Assembly: GCA_903916735.1 (NCBI GenBank)
Contig: CAIWXX010000085.1
Span: 7,883-71,882 of the forward strand
DNA from: an uncultured Acidobacteriota bacterium
GTDB taxonomy: Bacteria > Acidobacteriota > CAIWXX01
Direction of reading: 5' to 3'
Length of the DNA: 64,000 nt
The first letter of the stretch is position 1, and each line of letters opens with the position of its first letter. Made by a program: the position numbers and the translations under genes. Shown one piece after another: positions 47,908 to 57,044 of the stretch. The notes beneath the pieces are model-generated. The model was not told the origin of the DNA, did not search any database, and saw only the letters and a list, made by a program, of their open reading frames with translations.

Positions 47908-49641
47908 ATGGAAATAGTCGGTATTCGCTCGCTCTTGGACTTTCTGATCGAGGAAGGACTGATTGGGCACACGGATGCCGACAGGGTTCTCAAGGAAATG
48001 AAGCTGCAGGGCGGGAGCATTTTCTACAATCTTCTGAAGCTCAAGCTCGCAACCGCCCCTAAGCTTTTTTCTTTCGTCGAAGAGAAGCTTGGACTTCTTT
48101 ATTGGTATGCCGAAGAGGTTTCCATCGACACGACGTTGCTCGATTTGATCCCCCCAAATATCGCACATTTTTACAAGATTGTGCCCGTCAAGCTCGATCA
48201 GAATATCCTGACACTGGCGGCGTCGGCTGTGAGCTCCGCGCAACTTCTGCCGGCGCTCGAGGAGTTGACCGGATATAAAATCCGGGTCCTTCTGACTCAC
48301 CCGGCCATCCTCAGTCGCGCTCTCGAAAAATATTACAGTCCGAGGGTCGAAGCAGGCGTTCTGGATTCCAGTTCCGGTGAGAAAATTTTCGTCCTGAAGG
48401 ATGACGATAAACAGATTCGGCCTGTCAACATTCATATGATGAACGAGAGCTCCTCGGCCGCCGACTGGCTCCGGACAATCCTCGCCGAAGCCGTCATCAA
48501 GCGCAGCCGGCAGGTGATGTTTCGGCAGAACGATCACGATGAAATTCTCGTGTATTTCGTCAAGGAAGGGGAGCCTTACATCGAGTTCCGGCTGGGGGCT
48601 ACGCTGTACCAATCCATTGCGCTCTTCGTGGACTATCTCACGAGCGTCGGGCCGTTCGATACGCAGGTGCCGCAGGAAAAGCGCGCCAAGATCAAGATCA
48701 GCGATCGGACGATTTATCTTCAGATCAGTTCAGTTCCAGTGACGCATGGGCGGAGCCTCACGTTCGATCTTTATGATGAGAAGAGCTTCGAGCAACTCTT
48801 TGAGACCCTTTTCGATGCGCGAACCGGCGAAGCGTCCTATTTATCCAAACTGATCCAGCAGCGGAAAGGGCTCATCATTCTTTCTGTCGCGCCGGGCACT
48901 CAGAAAAAGCTCATTCTGTATTCGACTCTCGCTGAAGCGCACAAGACGACACCGGCCGTCTTCACACTCGAGGAATCCATTTTCTACGCGCTGCCCGGGA
49001 TTCACCAGATTTCCTTCGGCAGCGCATCACACAAGATTTTCTCGCGGATGCTGGAAACATCACTCCGACAGCACCCCGATGTGCTGGCCATCGATACCGT
49101 CCGCGATGCAGCGTCGATGGAACTGGCGCTCCTGAGCAGCAGCCGGTGTCTGGTGCTGGCGACATGCACATTCCCGGATCTGCGGTCTGTTTTGCGATGG
49201 CTCACGGAAAGCGGCCTGCGGCCGGCCCTCAAAGCGCGCCTCATCCCAACCGTCCTCCAATCCACATCGGTTCTCCGCCTCTGTAAATATTGCAAAAAAG
49301 AGGCGCTATTAACCGAGGAGGAAATCGCTCAGTACGATCTGGCGGACTATCGCGAAACGGTATTTTGGTTCAATTCCGGATGCCCCTTATGCAAAGGCGT
49401 CGGTATGCTGATGGAGGAGGTCCTCTGTGAGGTGACGCCGATCGACGAAACAATCCTTTATTATTTGGATCATCCCGAACAGAGCGCAGCTGTACGCAGG
49501 CAGGCGGGTCGAGTCGGACCCGGCGGGCTGGATAACAAACGACCGAATTTCCCATCACTCCTCCAAAAGGGCGTCGCCCTGGCGGCTGCAGGCAAGGCGG
49601 ATATTCGGGACGTGCTCGCGAAGTGCGCGTTCCTCGTCTAG
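47908..49641 (+). CDS. GspE/PilB-like secretion ATPase paralogue with degenerate catalytic motifs
   Basis: PilB architecture is recognisable (N-domain, LRQ.PD..., CKYC/GCPLC zinc motif). Walker A reads VAPGTQKK, Walker B reads IDTVRD, and the His box is absent. Confidence 0.75.
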   Translation: MEIVGIRSLLDFLIEEGLIGHTDADRVLKEMKLQGGSIFYNLLKLKLATAPKLFSFVEEKLGLLYWYAEEVSIDTTLLDLIPPNIAHFYKIVPVKLDQNILTLAASAVSSAQLLPALEELTGYKIRVLLTHPAILSRALEKYYSPRVEAGVLDSSSGEKIFVLKDDDKQIRPVNIHMMNESSSAADWLRTILAEAVIKRSRQVMFRQNDHDEILVYFVKEGEPYIEFRLGATLYQSIALFVDYLTSVGPFDTQVPQEKRAKIKISDRTIYLQISSVPVTHGRSLTFDLYDEKSFEQLFETLFDARTGEASYLSKLIQQRKGLIILSVAPGTQKKLILYSTLAEAHKTTPAVFTLEESIFYALPGIHQISFGSASHKIFSRMLETSLRQHPDVLAIDTVRDAASMELALLSSSRCLVLATCTFPDLRSVLRWLTESGLRPALKARLIPTVLQSTSVLRLCKYCKKEALLTEEEIAQYDLADYRETVFWFNSGCPLCKGVGMLMEEVLCEVTPIDETILYYLDHPEQSAAVRRQAGRVGPGGLDNKRPNFPSLLQKGVALAAAGKADIRDVLAKCAFLV

Positions 49642-49714
49642 CACCGATCTCCGCATTCCTCGTTCTCAAACCCCCATTTGACAGTCGCGGCATCCGGCCG
49701 CGATACTGAGTTGT

Positions 49715-51172
49715 ATGCCGATTGGGCCGTTTGAAAAATTGCGCCGCGAGGTGATCGATGCGGGGCTCTGCACTCGCTGCGGTTCCTGCGTCGGCGTGTG
49801 TACAGCTGAAGTCATCGAATTTGCCGATCCTCTCGGGCGTTGTTTACCGATTCTCAAAGACAACGAACCGTGCGCGAAATGCGCCGCCATGTGTGTGAAT
49901 GGATGCTCAGGTCAGGACGTTCATTTTCCGACTCTCGCCCAATTCACCCATGGATCTCCTTCGACCGACACACGTCTGGGAGCCGTGAAAAGTCTCTATG
50001 TGGGATATGCCGGAGACGAGGAGATACGGAAAGCCGGCGCCTCCGGAGGGGTCCTGTCAGCAGCGGCCATCTACATGCTGGAATCGGGAATTGTCGATGG
50101 CGCTATCGGGCTCTCTCCGAACGCCTCCGAGCCGTGGAAATTTGAGCCGCGAATCGCACGCCATCGGGACGAGGTTCTCGGTTGTGCTCAGAGCAAATAT
50201 TCCATTTCGCCGGTGAATACGATCCTCCGGCAATTGGAACAGGAACCCAAAGGATTTCGCGCTGCCATGGCGGCAATTCCATGCCAGGTTCATTCCATTC
50301 GCAAGCTTCAGGCTGATGGCTTCCCCGCTGCATGCAAGATCACGCACATACTCGGCTCCTATTGCGGCAACATCTTGCATTTCGATGCCGTCCGAGGATT
50401 TTTGGCCAAGCATCGCGTGAAGGACTACAGGCAGATCGCTCGACTGGAATATCGAGCCGGCGAATGGCCGGGCAAAATGCGCGTGACACTGGTTGATGGC
50501 CGCCTGCTGGAGATGCCCAAGTTTTACGCCAATTACCTCATCCCGTTCTACATGATGCGCCGATGCTTGCTCTGTACGGATTTGGCCAACGAATTCGCCG
50601 ATATCTCAGGGGGAGATGCGTGGGCCCCGATTTATGAAGAACGAGGCAAAGGATTCTCTCTGATCATGGGGAGAACCGAGCGCGGCCGACAGGTTCTGGA
50701 TGAAATGATCAGGGAAGGCCGGCTGACGGTTGAACCCATCGAGTTGGAAGCGGCCGTCGGCATGCATTCTCACATGCTGGATTTTAAAAAGCGAGGGGCC
50801 TTCTTGCGGATGGATTCGTTGCGGTTACGACACAAACCAGTCCCATCCTATGGCTATCATCCTCTGACACCGGCTCCGTTCGGCAGGCTGGCTTTTGAGA
50901 TGCTTCTTCGGACGATCTATGCGGTCTGCTCCTGGAGCCTCAGCCAGTGGGCGGTCGCACGGCTCCCAACGGGAATCACGGGACGGATTTTCGAACAGGC
51001 ACGCCGCCGCTGGAAAGGACTCACGGCGTCGACCAAACGAAAAGGATTTGGGACGATTCAGTTCGAAGTCGAACCGCCACGGTTATTGCAACACGAAAGA
51101 ATCTCGCCTATTGAAGATCACTCGCGAGGGGTTGAAAAAAACGAGATCAGCGAGAGACATGTAAAAGCATAA
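49715..51172 (+). CDS. Coenzyme F420 hydrogenase/dehydrogenase beta-subunit-like (FrhB/FdhB) Fe-S protein
   Basis: CTRCGSCVGVC, CAKCAAMCVNGC, GASGGV, QSKY, PCQ, GSYCG, RCLLCTD, and ADISGGDAW. Confidence 0.85.
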   Translation: MPIGPFEKLRREVIDAGLCTRCGSCVGVCTAEVIEFADPLGRCLPILKDNEPCAKCAAMCVNGCSGQDVHFPTLAQFTHGSPSTDTRLGAVKSLYVGYAGDEEIRKAGASGGVLSAAAIYMLESGIVDGAIGLSPNASEPWKFEPRIARHRDEVLGCAQSKYSISPVNTILRQLEQEPKGFRAAMAAIPCQVHSIRKLQADGFPAACKITHILGSYCGNILHFDAVRGFLAKHRVKDYRQIARLEYRAGEWPGKMRVTLVDGRLLEMPKFYANYLIPFYMMRRCLLCTDLANEFADISGGDAWAPIYEERGKGFSLIMGRTERGRQVLDEMIREGRLTVEPIELEAAVGMHSHMLDFKKRGAFLRMDSLRLRHKPVPSYGYHPLTPAPFGRLAFEMLLRTIYAVCSWSLSQWAVARLPTGITGRIFEQARRRWKGLTASTKRKGFGTIQFEVEPPRLLQHERISPIEDHSRGVEKNEISERHVKA

Positions 51173-51230
51173 CCACGGGTTTCTTTTGTGGCGTCTCACA
51201 TCGAGGAAAAAGGGATCCGAGCGTTGCCTT

Positions 51231-52013
51231 CTACTTGGCTATATCCGTCGTGACGATCGGCTGAGGATCCCCGATGATCTGAGTCAGTTGCTCAATCAAG
51301 GCATGGCCATCATCCTTGCAATAAGGCTTTGTGTAGAAGGAGTCGAGATCGAGCGGCCGATGAAGAGTGATGCTGCACGTCTTGAACATTTTTCCAGGAA
51401 ACTGCTTGTGCATAAGCAAATTTCTGAATCCGTCGACGCGAACCGGCACGACAATGGCTTTTGTGCGGTGGAGAATCAGTGGAACGCCTGGCCGAAATGG
51501 GGCTCCTTCCCGTGTCGTGCCCGCCGGGAAATGAAGCAGCCAGCCGGCGGCAATTGCCTGTTCAATGCGTGCCGCACCCTCAAAATCAACCGGCCGTTTC
51601 ACTTCCTGCCCGCCGTCACGGAAACTACGCCTGATTGTGACTCCGCCGACTTTGGTCATGAGCGAGGTCAGAAGATTTTTCTTCATTGTCTCTTCAGCGG
51701 CCGAGAACCGGATAATCGGGCCTTCCCATGGAAACATGTGCCTGACGTAGATCACGTCGAAGAAGGCGATGGCCTCCATGAAATATGTCTGATGATTCGA
51801 TAGAAAAACCACTCTTTTTTTCGGCAGGGTTTCAAGAATTTCGTCGCCCATCACGCGAATCCTGTTCAGGAGATGGAAGTAGGGCAGAGAAAATCCGAGA
51901 CCAAAGCCGGCGATGATCGCCCGGCGGATCCAGCGATCCAGGTAAGTCTGCTCGAATAACTCGGATTCAATGGGGCTCGAAATGATGGAACTGTCCTCTG
52001 TTCGAGTCAGCAT
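51231..52013 (-). CDS. Lysophospholipid acyltransferase (PlsC family)
   Basis: SNHQTYFME acyltransferase block and FPAGTT...VVPVRVDG. The start is uncertain. Confidence 0.8.
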   Translation of the reverse strand: MLTRTEDSSIISSPIESELFEQTYLDRWIRRAIIAGFGLGFSLPYFHLLNRIRVMGDEILETLPKKRVVFLSNHQTYFMEAIAFFDVIYVRHMFPWEGPIIRFSAAEETMKKNLLTSLMTKVGGVTIRRSFRDGGQEVKRPVDFEGAARIEQAIAAGWLLHFPAGTTREGAPFRPGVPLILHRTKAIVVPVRVDGFRNLLMHKQFPGKMFKTCSITLHRPLDLDSFYTKPYCKDDGHALIEQLTQIIGDPQPIVTTDIAK

Positions 52014-52195
52014 ATGCCGGCTCCCGAGGCAAAATGAAACAGAGGACATTCGAACCGGAACGTGATCGGAAAAGTCATGCCCCTAATGGAAATGTCCCCC
52101 GTCATTATTCATTCCCGAATCAAGATGGAATTGTGGTCCGGGCGGAAGAAAATGTCAACTCCGGTACAGGCGCACGGGCCTTTTATCTTTTCAGG

Positions 52196-53068
52196 CTACC
52201 CATTTTTCCGGACAATCAGATCTGCCAGCAATCCGGTGGCTCCGAGCTGGACGCCCGAAATGATTGTCATCAGTGAAATGTCCGTGATGTTCTTGTGAAC
52301 GAGAACCTCATAGATACCGAATCCGACGCCGAAAGCGATGAGCAAGACGCTCATCGGAAGGAAGACGCGGAGCGGGTTGAAATAGATGATTGTCCGGAGG
52401 ATCACCTGCAGGAAAAGCAGGGTATCACGGATCGGGCGGATCTTTGAGTGGCCGGTACGGGCGTAGTAGTTGATAGGCACGAAAACAACTTCTTTGCCGT
52501 CTGAGATGAAGGCAAGAGTCGATGTCATCGTGAAGGAGAAGCCGTTCGATATGATATGAAAATATTCTTTGATTCCCTGCTTCTTGAAATAACGCAATCC
52601 GGAATTCAAGTCGGGAATGGTCTCTCCGGAAAGGTAGCTAGCGAGCTTGGTCAAGATCCATTTCGCGGGCCGCCGGATGAGAGGTATCTTCCGCTTTCGG
52701 CCGGTTCGAGCGCCGATGACCATGTCGCACCCCTCTCGAGCATCCAGGATCTTGATGGCTTCTTCAACATGATAGGTATCATCGGCATCGGTGATCAGGA
52801 TATCATCGAAACGCGCATGGTGAATCCCAACTTTCAGGGTTGCGCCATAGCCGCGGTTGGTCCTGTTCTTGAGGACGGTGGCGCCGTGCGATCGAGCCGC
52901 CTCAGCCGTATTGTCCTTGGATCCATCATCAACCACCAGGATCTCGAATAAATCCATCGAACCGAAATAAGCAAGTAATCCCCGGCGATATGAATCCACC
53001 ACCGAACCGACGGAATTTTCCTCGTTAAACGCCGGCATCAAAATTGTGATCGATCTTTTTTCTAACAT
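52196..53068 (-). CDS. Glycosyltransferase family 2 with C-terminal TM helices
   Basis: MPAFNEE, VVDDGSKD, NRGYGATLK, TDADDTY, and DLNSGLR. Confidence 0.92.
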   Translation of the reverse strand: MLEKRSITILMPAFNEENSVGSVVDSYRRGLLAYFGSMDLFEILVVDDGSKDNTAEAARSHGATVLKNRTNRGYGATLKVGIHHARFDDILITDADDTYHVEEAIKILDAREGCDMVIGARTGRKRKIPLIRRPAKWILTKLASYLSGETIPDLNSGLRYFKKQGIKEYFHIISNGFSFTMTSTLAFISDGKEVVFVPINYYARTGHSKIRPIRDTLLFLQVILRTIIYFNPLRVFLPMSVLLIAFGVGFGIYEVLVHKNITDISLMTIISGVQLGATGLLADLIVRKNG

Positions 53069-53232
53069 GCGCGTGTAGAGTAAGTCCGAACGGGAAAAAA
53101 CTCAACCCCCTATTCTTGCCATCAATCCGCGAGTAGAACCGGCGGATTGAGCTACTCGGAGAATCGAAAAGCGCCGCCGTTGGACCGGCGCCGGCAGTGG
53201 GTGTTCCCGCAGGAGAATCGCTGGTGAAGAAA

Positions 53233-53368
53233 CAGGAACGGATTTTAATATCGAGCAGCGGTGGTTTCATAAGTCATTCCTGCATTCCATTCTTTCTGGC
53301 TTCCTGAGAGGTTCGGGTGCGATGGTTGTCGAAGCCATCTTGTTTGGTTGCGGCTATGCCGCGTTAGG
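53233..53368 (+). repeat. Modular hairpin element, copy 5 (truncated; core A inverted, R1)
   Basis: CAGGAACGGATTTTAATATCGAGCAG... is the reverse complement of core A and is followed by the copy-1 right end TTGGTTGCGGCTATGCCGCGTTAGG. Confidence 0.85.
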
Positions 53369-53616
53369 GGTCAGAGGTCAGGGATGTGTTGTGTTTCCAA
53401 ACTGTGTGCATCGTTGCAATCATACTGGCACGCGCCTCAGATTCTGCAAATCCTCCGGCCCCATTTCCGGCACTAAACTCCAACCTCTAGCCCCTTGCTG
53501 CCTCAGCAAGGCCTCGCCGCGATCCCAGACATCCCACTTTGTAGAATTTCCGAGACGTATCTATACGCACGTTCTGAATCGCGGAGACCCTGAAAAGCCC
53601 CGCGAACACCTTGTGA

Positions 53617-53769
53617 AAAATCAATCCGAACATTGAGTACATCATAGGAGACATGGCCACAGCAAGAATCGCCGGCCAAATGGACTTGGGAATCTGCGCA
53701 TTTGATTCTCTAAACTATCTCATTGACGAAGACATGCATTCGAAGAGGTGTGCATTTGGTACATTTTGA
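53617..53769 (+). pseudogene. Internal fragment of a class I SAM-dependent methyltransferase
   Basis: NIEYIIGDMATARIAGQMDLGICAFDSLNYLIDED matches the GDM...FD...C.FDSLNY region. The frame is flanked by stops. Confidence 0.5.
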
Positions 53770-53850
53770 CTTTGGCATTACTCTGAGGACTTGACGCAAA
53801 AGCTATTCTTCTCGATTGCCACACAGTAGAATGAGGGCGAGGAATCCGTC

Positions 53851-54318
53851 ATGAATCCCAAGATCAGGCTCATGGCCGTGTTCAGCGCCTGCCTGCTCGG
53901 AGGCATTGCCGGCTACGCCTATTTTTTCAGCTCGAAAGCAATCATCAGGCGTGCGATCGCATCAAGCAAGCAATCGTTTGAAAAGCGGCACATGGCTGGA
54001 TTCATGGAAATCATCTCGAAAAATTTCAGCGATGAAAACGGCTTCTCATCTGCTGACATTCAGGAAGGCACAGGACAGGCGTTTTCGAGCTTTGAGTCTT
54101 TCAAAATAACTCTGGAAAACATGGAAATCACCATTATCGATAAAAAGACGGCTCGATGCACCTGCCTGGCAACCGTTGTTGCGACGACCCACGAAAAAGA
54201 AAAATACCTGGTGCTCGGGACCACCGAATCCGGCCAGCGAATTGACCTGGACCTCCTCAAAGAATCCGACGGCCACTGGCGTGTTGTTCGAGCGCGTGGC
54301 TACGCTCGCCCATCCTGA
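53851..54318 (+). CDS. Exported hypothetical protein (NTF2-like fold probable)
   Basis: N-terminal TM segment; alpha-helices followed by beta strands ending W.VV.A; GAGG RBS. Confidence 0.6.
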   Translation: MNPKIRLMAVFSACLLGGIAGYAYFFSSKAIIRRAIASSKQSFEKRHMAGFMEIISKNFSDENGFSSADIQEGTGQAFSSFESFKITLENMEITIIDKKTARCTCLATVVATTHEKEKYLVLGTTESGQRIDLDLLKESDGHWRVVRARGYARPS

Positions 54319-54531
54319 TGCGGCATAGCCGCAACCAAACAAGATGGCTCCGATAACCATCGCTCCAGAACCTCTCAGGAATGCAGGAAGTAAGGAAACC
54401 AAGAACGAACTGATCATCGCCGGCACACAGCACACTACCGTCCGTTCCTGCATTCCTCCCTTCCTGGCTTCCTAAGAGGAATTCATGATCCTGCCCTATC
54501 ACAGGTCATCCCATCTTATGCACAGAGTTGA
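54314..54531 (-). repeat. Modular hairpin element, copy 6 (L1, core B inverted, R1)
   Basis: The minus strand reads left end as in copies 1 and 2, then the reverse complement of core B, then TTGGTTGCGGCTATGCCGCATCAGG. The end overlaps the TGA at 54316-54318. Confidence 0.85.
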
Positions 54532-54551
54532 CTGGCCAGATACCAAGGCAC

Positions 54552-55889
54552 CTAGAGCAGATCGACGATCGTCACGCAATCAACAAGGCCCGAGCAGCCG
54601 TACATGACAGGCAGTATTTTCTCGGGCGGGTGCTCTTGGCGGAGTTTGCCAATGAGCTCTGTGCCGATTTTGTAGGCCGGGAGGTACATTCTCCCGAGTA
54701 ACGGGTGACGGCCCCATGCACCGGAGAGTTTGTCGGCGCGTTCTTCAGAGACGAGGAAATCCCGGCGGAGCACCTTCGCGACCTCATCTTTCGGGCGCTC
54801 TTCACCCCATGTCAACCAAGAAGATTGGTTTTTGGCTTGATCCTGCAGGAGAGCGAGGAGGACGCCGACACGCAGGTTCGGGTCTTCGAGCTCTTCGATC
54901 GACGTGACCCCGTGCGCCATCAGAATAGCGTTGTTGGCGATGCCTTCGGCGAGTGTCGCGAAGCGGGTGTTCATTGTCAGCACTGTTGCTTCGAAGCCGA
55001 CCCGCCCCAGCATGTACAGCTTCTGCATGAAAGCGAATGTCGTCACATGTCCGGGGACCACTTCATGACTCACCAGTTGCTCGAACTCGGGCATCGAAAT
55101 CTGCAACGCCGCGTTGATCTCGTAAGTGGCTTCATATTGCGGTGAACCGTCGGCGTTGCGGGCACGTCCGATGTAGTTCATGGAACCCGAAAACCATGCA
55201 TTTTCAATCGATAAAAAGTTGATATTGGCCATCGGCACATCATGCATTTCGGCTGGAAGATACGGAAGGAGATTCTTGCGCGTGAGCGTTTCATACATGG
55301 CAATGACGCCGGCGGATTTGGAAGCCACATCGCGCCCGGCAACAGCGCGTTCGCTTCTCCAGAGGTCCACAGCCGTGAGAATATCTCCGCCGGCTTTCGA
55401 GAGATGTCCTGCCTTCCCGAGGATTTCCTTGACCAGATTCCTGTCATGCGATGGATCGGACGGCGATGGATCTCGGCCTGTGGACGCTCGCACCGCCCGC
55501 GTATAAGGGACTTTGTCGCCTTCGCCGATCATTTCAAGCGCCAGGTCGAACATGACACGACAACATTCCGCGACACTCAGCAGGAAAGCTCCGCGAGTTC
55601 CCCCGAGATGAATCGCCCCGGCGGCGACTCCTGCGATGGCCCCAGGCACATCGACGGCACGAAGATACTGCTTGATGGAATCCCGATCGATGTCTTTGGC
55701 CGTAACCGCCCCGGTCTCGCGCAGCTTCGCCGCTGTCGGGTGCGTATAGGCTTCGGGCAAGGCATGATCCGAGCACCATGAGTCGGCGATGAACCGACCC
55801 ATGCCGGATGGGTTCATCACATCGCCTCCCCAGAGTGTGTCAACCCCAAGAATCGCGTTGGCAATGTTACGATCAAGCTCATTCAGCAT
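54552..55889 (-). CDS. Hypothetical protein with a DUF885-like HExxPGH metal motif
   Basis: VSHEVVPGH followed by a downstream EGIAN. The start is uncertain (55889 or 55946). Confidence 0.6.
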   Translation of the reverse strand: MLNELDRNIANAILGVDTLWGGDVMNPSGMGRFIADSWCSDHALPEAYTHPTAAKLRETGAVTAKDIDRDSIKQYLRAVDVPGAIAGVAAGAIHLGGTRGAFLLSVAECCRVMFDLALEMIGEGDKVPYTRAVRASTGRDPSPSDPSHDRNLVKEILGKAGHLSKAGGDILTAVDLWRSERAVAGRDVASKSAGVIAMYETLTRKNLLPYLPAEMHDVPMANINFLSIENAWFSGSMNYIGRARNADGSPQYEATYEINAALQISMPEFEQLVSHEVVPGHVTTFAFMQKLYMLGRVGFEATVLTMNTRFATLAEGIANNAILMAHGVTSIEELEDPNLRVGVLLALLQDQAKNQSSWLTWGEERPKDEVAKVLRRDFLVSEERADKLSGAWGRHPLLGRMYLPAYKIGTELIGKLRQEHPPEKILPVMYGCSGLVDCVTIVDLL

Positions 55890-56102
55890 AGCTGGAATCC
55901 TTTCTGATGAATCTGCCGATGATTCTACATTCTGATGCCGCTCCAACTCAACAGATGGAATCCGCCGGGGCGTCCAAATTGACTTTTCAGATCCGAGATG
56001 TCATGAATCTCTTTCTCTGATGACAGAGAGCAAAGCTCGATTGAGATCAGGAATGCGCTATGAACTTGGAACCCGGTAACACTCCGCCGATCACTTCTCA
56101 TC

Positions 56103-57044
56103 ATGAATAGCTCCTCTCCCAAGCCTCAACATCATTCATCGGCCCGGCTGATGAAGCTGAAGGAACGGCTTGACCTCCTCTGTCACACGTTCGGCGAAGA
56201 GTATCTATCGAGCGATCCGCTGCTATTTCCGCATCGTTACGCGGATCGTCACGATCAAGAAGTTGTGGCTCTCATCGCCTCTCTTCTCGCCTATGGGACT
56301 GTGCGCCAAATTTTCCGATCGATGGAATTTCTTCTTCAAAGGATGGGCCCGGCGCCGGCGCGATTCCTTCTTCAATCCCGCCCTGATGAAATGAAAGGCC
56401 GCTTCCAGGGCTTCTCGCACCGGTTCCATAAAGCTGCCGACATCGAGCTGCTTGTCATGACAATCGGTCTTGTGCTCAGGGAATTTGGTTCAATCGAAAA
56501 ATTCTTTATCGGAAAACCCGACCGTGAGGGCGATCTTCGTGTGGCTCTCAGTCGCTTCTCCCTACAATTTCTGCGACTCGCCGCACGCCTGAAGAAGCAG
56601 CGAAGCCGCGCCTTTGCCTTTTTCTTTCCTGACCCGATTGCTGGCGGGAGCGCCTGCAAGCGCCTGAACATGTTTCTCCGATGGATGGTTCGCCGCCAGC
56701 CTCCGGATCTCGGCCTTTGGTCCTGTCTCACGCCGGCGCAGCTCATTATCCCGCTTGACACTCACATCGCTCGGATCGCGCGACGACTCGGGTTGAGCGA
56801 TCGCCGCACTTCCGACTGGAAAATGGCTGAAGAGATCACAGCCGCGTTACGGCAATTCGATTCCGTCGATCCCGTCAAATATGATTTCGCCATCACCCGT
56901 CTCGGAATCCTGGGATATTGCCCTCACAATCTCGACCCTCTTCGCTGCATCACTTGCAGGCTTTCAGATGTGTGCGATGCCGGCAACAACGGCCAAGCCG
57001 GGCGAAAAGGGAATAGCCGGCGCAATGAAGTTTTATTCCGCTGA
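56103..57044 (+). CDS. TIGR02757/DUF2400-family protein (HhH-GPD-like)
   Basis: DPLLFPHRY, LAYGTVRQI, SACKRLNMFLRWMVR, IPLDTHIARI, and DPVKYDFA. Confidence 0.88.
   Translation: MNSSSPKPQHHSSARLMKLKERLDLLCHTFGEEYLSSDPLLFPHRYADRHDQEVVALIASLLAYGTVRQIFRSMEFLLQRMGPAPARFLLQSRPDEMKGRFQGFSHRFHKAADIELLVMTIGLVLREFGSIEKFFIGKPDREGDLRVALSRFSLQFLRLAARLKKQRSRAFAFFFPDPIAGGSACKRLNMFLRWMVRRQPPDLGLWSCLTPAQLIIPLDTHIARIARRLGLSDRRTSDWKMAEEITAALRQFDSVDPVKYDFAITRLGILGYCPHNLDPLRCITCRLSDVCDAGNNGQAGRKGNSRRNEVLFR

Noticed and set aside
47141-48612. Long minus-strand ORFs (47141-47728 and 47755-48612)
   Set aside because: Antisense shadows of the SPOR and PilB-like genes.
21021-54531. Integron attC interpretation of the hairpin elements (GTTAGG ends)
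   Set aside because: At about 220 bp they are too long, only two of six ends fit GTTRRRY, no matching RYYYAAC inverse core is present, and there is no intI gene in the window.
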